Shown here: positions 18,146-27,103 of the stretch, piece after piece
How the letters are laid out: every line of letters begins with the position of its first letter
Numbering within the stretch: the stretch's first letter is position 1
Source: Dehalococcoidia bacterium
Lineage (GTDB): Bacteria; Chloroflexota; Dehalococcoidia; Lucifugimonadales; UBA1127
NCBI GenBank assembly: GCA_029936935.1
Contig: JAPYRQ010000002.1
Span: forward strand, 226-64,225
Reading direction: 5' to 3'
Length of the DNA: 64,000 nucleotides
The notes under the pieces: generated by a model
Databases searched by the model: none
What the model saw: the letters and a program-made list of their open reading frames with translations, nothing else
What the model was told of the DNA's origin: nothing
Made by a program: the position numbers and the translations under genes

Positions 18146-18179
18146 ACCTAGGCTGATAGGAATTCCCATCAGCCTAGGT
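18146..18179. repeat. 34-nt near-perfect palindrome between the SBP gene and Rieske paralog A
   Basis: ACCTAGGCTGAT-A-GGAATTCC-C-ATCAGCCTAGGT. It has 12-bp outer arms plus a self-complementary GGAATTCC core, with a single A/C mismatch. No U-tract follows. Confidence 0.6.
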
Positions 18180-18185
18180 CAGAGG

Positions 18186-19922
18186 TTACTTCTTGGCAAC
18201 CTGGATCTGGTGGAAGTGGCTCCACAGGCCGGAGACGTTGCCGGGCCAAACCCAGCTCTCAACGAACTCTGGGTTCAGGACGATCTGAGGCGGGAGCCAG
18301 AAGAGGTTCATCGCTATGTGAATCGGATGGGCGATATCGCCAATCTCGCGCAGTAGTTTGTCCTGCTCTGTTGGAAGCATTGTCTTTTGGAGTTGTTTGA
18401 TCAACGGATTTATCTCCAGGGGTTCAAAGCCACCGCCTCGAGGCGTGATATCGGCGTGGTGGACCCGAGTGCTCTGCACGTCGAATGACGCGCTGGACGT
18501 CAGGCCTATCCAATTCTTTAGCTTCAGCGCCCTGGATATGGGACGATGGGCCGCCGAATCGGGGGCTTGGAGTTTCGGCTTCACGCCTACGTCTGCCAAC
18601 ATCGCTCCTATAGACTCCATCGTATCAGCTGCTGCGGCGAATGATGCCACATTGCTGACGTTAACGTTAATTTCCAATGGATTGCTGGGACCGTAACCGG
18701 CCTGTGCCAGGAGATCCCTGGCGGCCTGCGGGTCATAACCGTAGAGACGGTCGTAATTGGCCCGCCATTCCGGGTTGAAGGCCGGGCTGGACTCTGGGAT
18801 GGCCTGGATGATCATATTTTGCCCGGCACCTCTTAGGAATGCATCATTCAGCGCGTTCTTGTCTATGGCCTTGTTAAAGGCATGCCGTACTAGAGGGTTC
18901 AGCCACGGGGAGTCGCAGTGGACGTACCCGCAGGGGGTGTTTTGCGCTTCGTAGCTTCGGTCCGATACGTCTATGTATCCACCTTGGAACGCCGCGAAGA
19001 TTCGGGCACCCTGCTGGGTGCCTTCTGAAACCACCATTCCATCATTGGCGGCTAATTCGGTGCTGTCGGCCCCTAGCTGCGTGATGTGGATCTCGTCTGT
19101 TAATAGGGCTGCAAGCCGGGTAGATTCCTCGCTCATCCACCGGATGGTCAGCTTTGAGAACTCCGGATTGTAACGCCAGTGGTCGTAGTCCACTCGCTCG
19201 AATTCGATGTTCGTCTGCTGGTCGCGGTCGACGTATTTCCACGCAGCGGTGCCCGCAGATGGTGCTGTGTCCATTTGCGGCGGCCCCGATGCCGCATAGT
19301 CAGCAGCGCTCATAATCTCCATTCCGCCGACCTGCTCGGAGAGCCTCCTGAACTGCTCTGCTAAAGGGCTTGGGAGTTGCCAGATGAACTCGGTATCCGT
19401 GAGCGGTTCGATAGTTACTGTCTTGTAGTTCCGTTGGTGGGTATGCTCCGAGTCCTCGGCGCCAAACTCTCCAACAGTGAGGGCCACGTCTTTCCAGCTG
19501 AGGATGCTGCCATCGTGGAAAGGAACGCCGTCTCGGAGTTTGATGCGAATGTCAGAACCATTGGGTTCAATCGACCATTCGGTCGCCAGTTGAGGCACTA
19601 ACGCACCGGTGTCGGCATCCGTGCCGATCAGGTACTCGTACATAGGTACCAACTGAATCTGCGATTGTGGTGATAGCCCTCTCCCAACGTTGTTGGACAG
19701 CAATGAAGGCAACAGCGCTCCAATAATGATCTCGTCCGTCACCGGCGTCATTGCTACAGGGGCGGCTGTTGCTTGTGGAGCCTGGGTTGCAATTGCAGGT
19801 GCGCCAGCATTGGAATCGTCATCGTCATCGTCATCGTCGCTGGAACAAGCGGCTACCAATACTAACGACATTGCTATAACCAAAGTCCATGTGATGAAAT
19901 TTAAACACTTTCGGTTAAGCAT
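18186..19922 (-). CDS. ABC-type solute-binding protein, family 5 (peptide/opine/nickel type), lipoprotein; no cognate permease or ATPase nearby
   Basis: SBP_bac_5-like core (LATEWSIEPNGSDIRIKLRDGVPFHDGS). Start trimmed to MLNRK (19922), giving the signal peptide plus lipobox LVLVAAC|SS, followed by a D8 linker. Confidence 0.85.
   Translation of the reverse strand: MLNRKCLNFITWTLVIAMSLVLVAACSSDDDDDDDDSNAGAPAIATQAPQATAAPVAMTPVTDEIIIGALLPSLLSNNVGRGLSPQSQIQLVPMYEYLIGTDADTGALVPQLATEWSIEPNGSDIRIKLRDGVPFHDGSILSWKDVALTVGEFGAEDSEHTHQRNYKTVTIEPLTDTEFIWQLPSPLAEQFRRLSEQVGGMEIMSAADYAASGPPQMDTAPSAGTAAWKYVDRDQQTNIEFERVDYDHWRYNPEFSKLTIRWMSEESTRLAALLTDEIHITQLGADSTELAANDGMVVSEGTQQGARIFAAFQGGYIDVSDRSYEAQNTPCGYVHCDSPWLNPLVRHAFNKAIDKNALNDAFLRGAGQNMIIQAIPESSPAFNPEWRANYDRLYGYDPQAARDLLAQAGYGPSNPLEINVNVSNVASFAAAADTMESIGAMLADVGVKPKLQAPDSAAHRPISRALKLKNWIGLTSSASFDVQSTRVHHADITPRGGGFEPLEINPLIKQLQKTMLPTEQDKLLREIGDIAHPIHIAMNLFWLPPQIVLNPEFVESWVWPGNVSGLWSHFHQIQVAKK
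19815..19838. repeat. Hexanucleotide microsatellite (ATCGTC)x4 encoding the poly-Asp linker
   Basis: Four perfect tandem ATCGTC units on the + strand, equal to (GACGAT)x4 on the coding strand. They encode DDDDDDDD immediately after the lipobox Cys-Ser-Ser. Confidence 0.9.
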
Positions 19923-19989
19923 TTCTTTCCCCTTATGTTCGCAGTTTTTGTGTTTCTGCCCAATCCTTAAGGACGTTACTTGGGTGTCT

Positions 19990-20178
19990 TCAAGTCTTAA
20001 CACCCGCCTGTTTGCCTGCTTCAATATACGCTTCCCCCAGGGTCATGAACACCTCTGACTCTTTACCCTTGAAATGGATGCTGTACAAAAGCGGCTGGTT
20101 CGATTCGTACAACTCAAATATCTCTGCATTTCCGTTTGGCCCAGCGATGACTTCTACCTTGGTTGCTTCTACTGCCAT
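19990..20178 (-). CDS. Hypothetical 62-aa protein inside the Rieske block
   Basis: MAVEATKVEVIAGPNGNAEIFELYESNQPLLYSIHFKGKESEVFMTLGEAYIEAGKQAGVKT. GAGGAAAGG lies 5 nt upstream of the ATG. It has no Cys, so it is not a ferredoxin. I recognise no family. Confidence 0.45.
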   Translation of the reverse strand: MAVEATKVEVIAGPNGNAEIFELYESNQPLLYSIHFKGKESEVFMTLGEAYIEAGKQAGVKT

Positions 20179-20278
20179 TTTGCCCTTTCCTCGGGTATTA
20201 CAAGGTTCCCTAATGGCCCAGACCCCCTCCCCGAGGAACCGGGTGGTATGCCAGAGTCTGTGTACATTTTTTTAAAGG

Positions 20279-21607
20279 CTACCCTGTTGCCTGCTGTTCT
20301 TCTGATAGGGCAGCCCATTGTAGGTCTTGCGTGGCTTCAATACCATTGACCCCGTTAGGTATCAGAGTTGAGACGGACCGAACCTTATACAGGTCCGGGT
20401 TGTCCACGGTCGCCGGTACTGTGCCGTCTTCGCGCAGCGCAATAGCAGCTCTGGCTAAGATACGTCGCATCCTGATGATGCCTGCGTCCGTTGTGCCCAA
20501 GTGTTCCTGGTCGCGCTTGTAAACCACACCCATGCTCTCTGTCATGCCGTTGTCCTGACCTCTACCGGGTATGCCGCTGTAACCAAGCCCGCCTACGCGT
20601 GCCTTTTGAGCATCGCGGTCAACCAAGTAGTCGTTCTCGCGAGTTCCTGCAATCTTGAATCGATCGAACCAGCCGGTGCCATTGCGTGAGCTGTCCACAT
20701 GGAAGGATGTGATCATGCCATCGACAATCGGCGGGCCGCCGAATCCTGGAGGACGGGGCAGTGCAGGGTTTCTGGTGCTGATGTGCCACCGCATGCAGTT
20801 CTCGTCATCCATGGGCACTACTGCGATGAAGCCCTTCTCTCTGAAGCTAGCGGGGATCATTGCGTAGAACGGGAAGAGGAAGTGGGCTATGCGCCAGTAG
20901 GTGGTGTCTTCTTCTGCAGGACGGTTATTGCCGGAAGTGCACCCGAACTCCGTGTCTGTGACAGAGTCACGGGCCCAACGGGTCTTCAATGCATATCGCT
21001 CAAAGGTGACGTCAGGGTCTGGAATCTCCTCTGGCTCCCGTGCACCGTTGTGAAGGAAACTGACATGGGACGTGTCGTAGTCACCTTCAAGAGACTGCAT
21101 CCAGTTACATTCTGAGTAGTAGCCGCTGACGGTGTACTGGCCTTCGGGCATCATGTTGGCTACCAGTGACGGCAACGGCGGAGCTTCTTGCCGGGGCCCC
21201 ATGTAGACCCAAATCAGTCCGCCACGCTCTTCTACTTTGTACGAAATGGCTCGAACCTTGTCGATGAACCTACTCTCCGGCGGCTCGGAAGGCATGTCCA
21301 GGCAGGTGCCATCGGCAGCAAAATGCCAGCCGTGGTACACACAACGCAAGCCGCACTCTTCATTGCGGGCATAGAACATGGAGGCGCCACGATGCGGACA
21401 GGAGTTCCCTATGACGCCTACTTTTCCGTTGGTGTCTCGGAAGGCGATAAGGTCTTCCCCAAGAAGTTTCAGACGGACTTGCTGACCGTCCGGGTTCTGG
21501 AGTTCCACTGACATCATGGCGGGCATCCAATACTCACGCATCAGGTCGCCCATGATGGTGCCTGGCCCGGTTTGAGTTAGCAGCTCGTTCTCTTCTTTGC
21601 TTAACAT
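20279..21607 (-). CDS. Rieske non-heme-iron oxygenase, alpha-only, paralog C
   Basis: 442 aa. Motifs CPHRGASMFYARNEECGLRCVYH and GDYDTSHVSFLH. GAGGAGG precedes the ATG. Confidence 0.9.
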   Translation of the reverse strand: MLSKEENELLTQTGPGTIMGDLMREYWMPAMMSVELQNPDGQQVRLKLLGEDLIAFRDTNGKVGVIGNSCPHRGASMFYARNEECGLRCVYHGWHFAADGTCLDMPSEPPESRFIDKVRAISYKVEERGGLIWVYMGPRQEAPPLPSLVANMMPEGQYTVSGYYSECNWMQSLEGDYDTSHVSFLHNGAREPEEIPDPDVTFERYALKTRWARDSVTDTEFGCTSGNNRPAEEDTTYWRIAHFLFPFYAMIPASFREKGFIAVVPMDDENCMRWHISTRNPALPRPPGFGGPPIVDGMITSFHVDSSRNGTGWFDRFKIAGTRENDYLVDRDAQKARVGGLGYSGIPGRGQDNGMTESMGVVYKRDQEHLGTTDAGIIRMRRILARAAIALREDGTVPATVDNPDLYKVRSVSTLIPNGVNGIEATQDLQWAALSEEQQATG

Positions 21608-21698
21608 CCTCTATTCCTCCTCATTCTGTCCGTCCCCTGGGAACTTCTCAATTGTTCCGCGGCCAAATTCTACGAAGAATAAATTTGTGGGAACGCTA

Positions 21699-22982
21699 TT
21701 ATTGGACCGCCGGTGAGTATCCCTCACCCTCAAACAATGCCTCGTGTAGGGCGTCCTGCCAAACGGCATCTTTCGGCAAGACCCGTTCTATTGCTCGAAT
21801 GCCGTAGTAGGTTCCCGCCACTCCCGGAGGGTTCCCACCATCTTCAACGACTTTTGCCGCTTCAAGCAGCATGCGACGTGCGGAGATGATGGCGCGGTCA
21901 GTTGTGGCCAGGTGCTCGTGGGACCTGTCGTACTGGATGCCCATGGACTCCTGAATGGCCCTGTCCTGTAGGTTCGCGGCGCTCTCAATACCGGTGTAGG
22001 TCTTGGTTCGCTGCACCTCGCGGTCGATACCGTAGTCGTTGTCGCGGTTCCAAACGCACCGGAAGCCGTTCTGTACATCGATGTATTCGTAGACCTCTGG
22101 GCCATGCTTGGACCGCAGTTCATCGCTGAGGGGTTCCGGTGCCAGCGTGTACGTCCAGTTGTAGACCATGCAGTTGTCGTCATCCATAGGCACCCACATG
22201 TGACCTGCCACCATCGGCGGTGAATCGCCTCGCCCCACGGTGTTCTGGTTGGGCCGTAGCTGGGTGAACGGCATAACATAGTGGTACGCACGGACAAAGT
22301 TGCCATCCAGATCAGGGACAGGGCGAATAGAGCCGTAGGTATAGCCATAGTCGGTCGGTTGTACTTCAATGTGGGCAACCGTTGCACGCTGCTCGTAGCG
22401 GGCGGCGTTGGTGATGTCATTGTTGTGAAGATAGGTGGCATGGATGGAATCGATCCCACCTTCAAGGGCCTGGGACCAGTTGCCCTCCTGCTTCACCTTG
22501 GTGACGCCCCTATGGGTGTCCGGTACCTGGGTCCACTCGAACTTGGGTGGCGGAGGCTGCTTTTCAGGAGGCCCCATGTACGTCCAGATAACGCCGCCCA
22601 TGTCCAGGCAGGGATAGGACGTGATTTTGACCTTATCCTTGAAGTTGCTCTCGGCGGGCTCACTGGGCATGTCGACACAGTTACCGTTCACATCGAACTT
22701 CCAGCCGTGGTACACGCAGCGCAGGCCACATTCTTCGTTTCGACCGAAGAACATGCTCGCACGACGGTGGGGGCAATAGTTATCGATGAGGCCGATGCTG
22801 CCATCGGTGTCCTTAAATGCGATGAGTTCCTCGCCCACCAATTTCACGCGGACGGGCGTGCCATCCGCCTCTTCAAGTTCCCATGAGAGGAGCGCTGGCA
22901 GCCAGTATCGCCGCATGACTTCCCCCATTGGAGTGCCAGGGCCAGTGTGGACAATGACCTCGTTCTCTTCTCTGTTCAGCAT
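21699..22982 (-). CDS. Rieske non-heme-iron oxygenase, alpha-only, paralog B
   Basis: 427 aa. Motifs CPHRRASMFFGRNEECGLRCVYH and GGIDSIHATYLH. GAGGAAGGGG precedes the ATG. Confidence 0.9.
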   Translation of the reverse strand: MLNREENEVIVHTGPGTPMGEVMRRYWLPALLSWELEEADGTPVRVKLVGEELIAFKDTDGSIGLIDNYCPHRRASMFFGRNEECGLRCVYHGWKFDVNGNCVDMPSEPAESNFKDKVKITSYPCLDMGGVIWTYMGPPEKQPPPPKFEWTQVPDTHRGVTKVKQEGNWSQALEGGIDSIHATYLHNNDITNAARYEQRATVAHIEVQPTDYGYTYGSIRPVPDLDGNFVRAYHYVMPFTQLRPNQNTVGRGDSPPMVAGHMWVPMDDDNCMVYNWTYTLAPEPLSDELRSKHGPEVYEYIDVQNGFRCVWNRDNDYGIDREVQRTKTYTGIESAANLQDRAIQESMGIQYDRSHEHLATTDRAIISARRMLLEAAKVVEDGGNPPGVAGTYYGIRAIERVLPKDAVWQDALHEALFEGEGYSPAVQ

Positions 22983-23023
22983 CGAACTTCCCCTTCCTCC
23001 CCTGTACTAAAAGACGTTCTCGT

Positions 23024-24283
23024 CTAGGCCGCGCCGACAGCCACCTTCTCTGTGGTCTCCTCAAACGTGACCTTCTTATCCATCACATCGGCGACAGAAC
23101 GGACGCGGTATGCCGAGCCCTTCATGGGCACAAAGGGCTCCTTACCTTCCAACAGGTCTCGACACCCCTGAAGGTACATACGGCGCATGGCGATGACTGC
23201 TGAGTCCGATGTGCCAAGGTGCTCTTTGGTGCGGTCACAGATGGCGCCCATGCTCTCCTGAATGCCTGAGTCCTGCACGGAGATTGCCTCGATGCCGGTG
23301 TAGGTCTTGGTTCGTTGCACTTCACGGTCAATGCCGTAGTCGTTGTCGGCGTTCATGGCCGCGCGCATGGAGCGGGGTTCCAATTCAAGGAAGCTGGCGC
23401 CGTGACCTTCGCCTTCGTTGAGTGGCCTACTGGCGTTCCAGCTATAGGTGAACATCCAGCAATTTTCATCATCGGCAGGCACCCAACCATGGCCGCTGTA
23501 CGTGCGTTCATCGGGGTCGCCTGTGCCTCCAGGTATCACCGTGAAGAAGGGGAGCATGAAAGGCGTTAGTCGCCAGTAGTAGGAGTCGTTCTCCGCTTCA
23601 CGGTTGGCTCCGTACACAAACCCGTAGTCCGTGTTCTTCACAATGAAGTGAGGTGCGGTGTCTGTATTGCTGAGGGAATGACCTGCGCGCGAGGGATCGT
23701 CCCGTACCACTGGAGGAAGACCGAAGTGCAGGAAGGAGATGTGGCTGGAATCGATGCCACCCTCGATGCCCTGCACGAAGTTATTCTCCTGCAACCGGCG
23801 GGATACTTTGCGGTTGCTTTCAGGAACCATTGCCCAGCCGACTTCCGGGAGCTCCGGCATCGATTCTGCTGGCCCCATGTACGCCCAGATATAACCGCCC
23901 CAGTCTTCAGCTGGGTACGACTTGATCTTCACCTTGTCCTTGAAATTGCTTTCGGCAGGCTCGGATGGCATGTCCACGCAATCGCCCTTGGTATCGAACT
24001 TCCAGCCGTGGTACACGCACCGCAGGCCGCACTCTTCGTTGCGACCGAAGAACATGCTTGCTCGGCGGTGGGGGCAGAAGTTGTCGATGATGCCAACATC
24101 GCCATTGGTGTCGCGGAAGGCGATGAGTTCTTCGTTGAGGATCTTGACCCGGACTGGCGGGCTATCGGGTTCGGCAATCTCTTCAGACAGCAGGGCTGGC
24201 ATCCAGAACCGCCTCAGATACTCGCCCATGGGAGTGCCGGGGCCGGTCCTGGTGATCATCTCATTGTCTTGTGCGCTCAGCAT
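23024..24283 (-). CDS. Rieske non-heme-iron oxygenase, alpha-only, paralog A' (closest to A)
   Basis: 419 aa. Motifs CPHRRASMFFGRNEECGLRCVYH and GGIDSSHISFLH. AGGAAGGG precedes the ATG. Confidence 0.9.
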   Translation of the reverse strand: MLSAQDNEMITRTGPGTPMGEYLRRFWMPALLSEEIAEPDSPPVRVKILNEELIAFRDTNGDVGIIDNFCPHRRASMFFGRNEECGLRCVYHGWKFDTKGDCVDMPSEPAESNFKDKVKIKSYPAEDWGGYIWAYMGPAESMPELPEVGWAMVPESNRKVSRRLQENNFVQGIEGGIDSSHISFLHFGLPPVVRDDPSRAGHSLSNTDTAPHFIVKNTDYGFVYGANREAENDSYYWRLTPFMLPFFTVIPGGTGDPDERTYSGHGWVPADDENCWMFTYSWNASRPLNEGEGHGASFLELEPRSMRAAMNADNDYGIDREVQRTKTYTGIEAISVQDSGIQESMGAICDRTKEHLGTSDSAVIAMRRMYLQGCRDLLEGKEPFVPMKGSAYRVRSVADVMDKKVTFEETTEKVAVGAA

Positions 24284-24333
24284 GTATGCCCTTCCTGCGT
24301 GTCTGTATTGCGAAACGACGGTGCGTTGCGTTC

Positions 24334-25623
24334 CTACCCCATGATTGGCGAGTACTCGGCTCCCTCAAACAGCAGTTCCTTCATACCCTCTTGCCACGGG
24401 ACATCAACGGGCAACACCCGCTGGATGGATCTGACTTTGTAGTACGAGGGCCCTGTGCCCCTTGGGGTGCCGCCATCACCAACAACGTTGGCAGCTTCCT
24501 GAAGCATGCGGCGTGTGGCAATGATTGCGCGGTCCGTAGTCGCCAGGTGCTCTCGCGTCCGATCAACGATCGTCCCCATGGATTCCTGTATGCCACGGTC
24601 CTGGAGATTGGCACCCACGCGTGCATCGGCAAGGATGCCTGTGAAGGTCTGCGTACGCTGCGCTTCTCGATCGATGCCGTAGTCGTTATCGGCGTTCCAG
24701 ATGCATCGGAACCCGTTGTTGATGTCGATGACCTCGTAAGCCAGGTCAGAATGCTTGGCCTTGTCTGCCTCGGTTAGCGGCTCCTCGCCAAGGGAGTACA
24801 CGAAGTTCCAGACGAAGTGGTTCTCATCGTCAATGGGCACCCACATATGTCCGGCTACTTTGGGGGATGCACTACTTTCACGACGGTCGTCCGGGCGAAG
24901 CTGCGTGAAGGGCATGATGAACTGGTACGCCCGAACGAAATTCCCCTCCTCCTTGGAGAGGTACCGGACAGAGCCGTAGGCATAGCCATAGTCGGTCGGT
25001 TCCACCTCAATGCTCGGTGCGGCAGAGCGGGATTCGTATCGAGTGGTGTTGGTGATATCGTTGTTGTGGAGGTAGGAAGCGTGGACGGAATCAACGCCAC
25101 CCTCCAGGCCCTGCAGCCAGTTGCTCTCCTGAAGCACCTTGTTCACTGCCCTGTGTGTCTCCACTACCTGAGTCCACTCAAACATTGGCGGTGGTGGCTG
25201 GTTCTCCAGTGTGCCCATGTAGGTCCAAATCACGCCGCCTATGTCCATGCAGGGGTAGGCCAGTACCTTGACCTTGTCTTTGAAGTTGCTTTCGGAGGGC
25301 TCGGAGGGCATGTCTACACAGTTGCCATCCACGTCAAACTTCCAGCCGTGATAGACGCAGCGTAGGCCGCATTCTTCGTTCCTGCCGAAGAACATGCTTG
25401 CCCTGCGGTGGGGGCAGTAGTTGTCGATGAGCCCTATCTTGCCGTCAGTGTCCTTGAAGGCGATAAGCTCCTCGCCCAGCAGCTTCACCCGCACCGGTGT
25501 GCCGTCTGACTCCGCTACTTCCCATGAAAGGAGGGCCGGAATCCAGTATCGGCGCATCAACTCCCCCATAGGGGTGCCGGGTCCAGTTTGGGATACAAGC
25601 TGGTTATCTTGAGCGTTGAGCAA
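24334..25623 (-). CDS. Rieske non-heme-iron oxygenase, alpha-only, paralog B' (closest to B)
   Basis: 429 aa. Motifs CPHRRASMFFGRNEECGLRCVYH and GGVDSVHASYLH. It uses a TTG start preceded by GGAGGAAG. Confidence 0.9.
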   Translation of the reverse strand: MLNAQDNQLVSQTGPGTPMGELMRRYWIPALLSWEVAESDGTPVRVKLLGEELIAFKDTDGKIGLIDNYCPHRRASMFFGRNEECGLRCVYHGWKFDVDGNCVDMPSEPSESNFKDKVKVLAYPCMDIGGVIWTYMGTLENQPPPPMFEWTQVVETHRAVNKVLQESNWLQGLEGGVDSVHASYLHNNDITNTTRYESRSAAPSIEVEPTDYGYAYGSVRYLSKEEGNFVRAYQFIMPFTQLRPDDRRESSASPKVAGHMWVPIDDENHFVWNFVYSLGEEPLTEADKAKHSDLAYEVIDINNGFRCIWNADNDYGIDREAQRTQTFTGILADARVGANLQDRGIQESMGTIVDRTREHLATTDRAIIATRRMLQEAANVVGDGGTPRGTGPSYYKVRSIQRVLPVDVPWQEGMKELLFEGAEYSPIMG

Positions 25624-25667
25624 TATCTTCCTCCATCATGTTAGCTAAGTTCGAGAAGTGTGTTTCG

Positions 25668-26960
25668 CTACCCGCCTACAGGCTGATCCTCTGGGTACAT
25701 CTCCGGCAGCAGGACATCCCGCCAGGCCAGCTTGCCATCAAATACCTTCTCAATTGCGCGAAGGTTGTAGTACGACGTGGTGTCAGCGCCCCTGGGTGAG
25801 GCACCCTCTGCGACGTCCCGTGTGGCCTCGATGAGCAGTTTACGAGTGGCGATGATTGCCGCGTCCGCGGGCCCAAGGTGCTCACGTGTGCGGTCAACCA
25901 CGGGGCCCATGCTCTCCTGCACGCCACGGTCCTGGGCATTGATGCCATCGATGCCGGTGAACGTGTCCGTCCGCTGGACATCGCGGTCAATAAGCCAGTT
26001 GTTGCGGATGTTGCCCTTCGCCCTGTACTGGTTGTCCGGGTCTACGTTTGGCCAGGCATTGGCAGAACCCTCCTGGGTCCGTTCCTTCTCTGTAAGCGGC
26101 TCTTCGCCAAAGCTGTAAGACCAGTTCCAGACCATGACGTTGTCGTCGTCGATGGGTACCCAGTGGTGTCCATCAACGTGTGTGCGGTCAGGCGCTCCGG
26201 CACGGCCGATCTGGCTCGGTCGAAGTTGGGTGAAGGGCATGGCAAAGTGATAGCCGCGTACGTACTGTTCTTTGTCGCCTAGTGGCCTGATGCCTGTGTA
26301 CCGATAGCCGTAGTCCGTGACGTCCACTTCCAGCTTGGGAGCGCCGCCTCGCACAAAGGGTGTGGACATCTGAATGCCTGCGCTCTTCGCGTTCTCTCGA
26401 ATCTGTCGGTGCAGGATGGGTGCGTGAGAAGAATCGATGCCGCCCTCAAGCGCCTGGAGCCAGTTGGACTCCTGCCAGACCTTGGTCACGCCGCGGTGCG
26501 TTTCCGGCACCCGTGTGTACTCAAAGTTGGGTACAGGTGGAATCTTGTCTGCCGGGCCCATGTAGACCCAGATGATGTCCCCCACTTCATGCGTCGGGTA
26601 CGCTTTGGCCTTGACCTTGTCTTTGAAATCGATTGGCTCGTTCATCTGATCGACACAGTTGCCGTTCACATCGAACTTCCATCCGTGATAGACACAACGA
26701 AGCCCGCTTTCCTCATTGCGACCCAAGAACAGGGAAGCAAGTCTGTGGGGGCAGTTCTCTTCAAGGATACCGATGTCACCGTTGGTGTCGCGGAACGCCA
26801 CCAGATTCTCGGCCATTATGCGTAATCGTACGGGGTCACAGTCCGAATTTGGGAGTTCACTTATGAGCAGTGCGGGCAACCAATACCTTCGCATCGTCTC
26901 ACCCATAGGTGTGCCAGGCCCAATCTTGGTTACCAGCGTGTTTTCATCAGCAGTTAACAT
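25668..26960 (-). CDS. Rieske non-heme-iron oxygenase, alpha-only, paralog D
   Basis: Motifs CPHRLASLFLGRNEESGLRCVYH and GGIDSSHAPILH. The ORF-track start (27098) is trimmed to MLTADENTLV (26960). That start aligns with the other five N-termini and is preceded by GGGGGAGGG. Confidence 0.88.
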   Translation of the reverse strand: MLTADENTLVTKIGPGTPMGETMRRYWLPALLISELPNSDCDPVRLRIMAENLVAFRDTNGDIGILEENCPHRLASLFLGRNEESGLRCVYHGWKFDVNGNCVDQMNEPIDFKDKVKAKAYPTHEVGDIIWVYMGPADKIPPVPNFEYTRVPETHRGVTKVWQESNWLQALEGGIDSSHAPILHRQIRENAKSAGIQMSTPFVRGGAPKLEVDVTDYGYRYTGIRPLGDKEQYVRGYHFAMPFTQLRPSQIGRAGAPDRTHVDGHHWVPIDDDNVMVWNWSYSFGEEPLTEKERTQEGSANAWPNVDPDNQYRAKGNIRNNWLIDRDVQRTDTFTGIDGINAQDRGVQESMGPVVDRTREHLGPADAAIIATRKLLIEATRDVAEGASPRGADTTSYYNLRAIEKVFDGKLAWRDVLLPEMYPEDQPVGG

Positions 26961-27046
26961 AGCCCTCCCCCTTCGTGCTTTATCCCCCTGAATACTCATT
27001 GGAATAACCAAGTAACCGATCGCAAATTGACCAGTATTATTCCATA

Positions 27047-27060
27047 GCGCAAAGATGCGC
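27047..27060. promoter_or_regulatory. Dyad GCGCA-N4-TGCGC in the Rieske/LysR divergent intergenic region
   Basis: 5-bp perfect inverted repeat, 87 nt upstream of the paralog D start. A TTGACA hexamer on the minus strand (complement of 27075-27080) lies just upstream of it. Confidence 0.25.
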
Positions 27061-27103
27061 TTAGGAGATACAATTGTCAATGCATAAATAGTGAACATTT
27101 CTT

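Noticed and set aside
26961-27098. 46-aa N-terminal extension of Rieske paralog D.
   Set aside because: The other five paralogs all begin ML..(D/E)N. The internal ATG at 26960 aligns with them and has a strong SD. The extension would consume the regulatory intergenic region.
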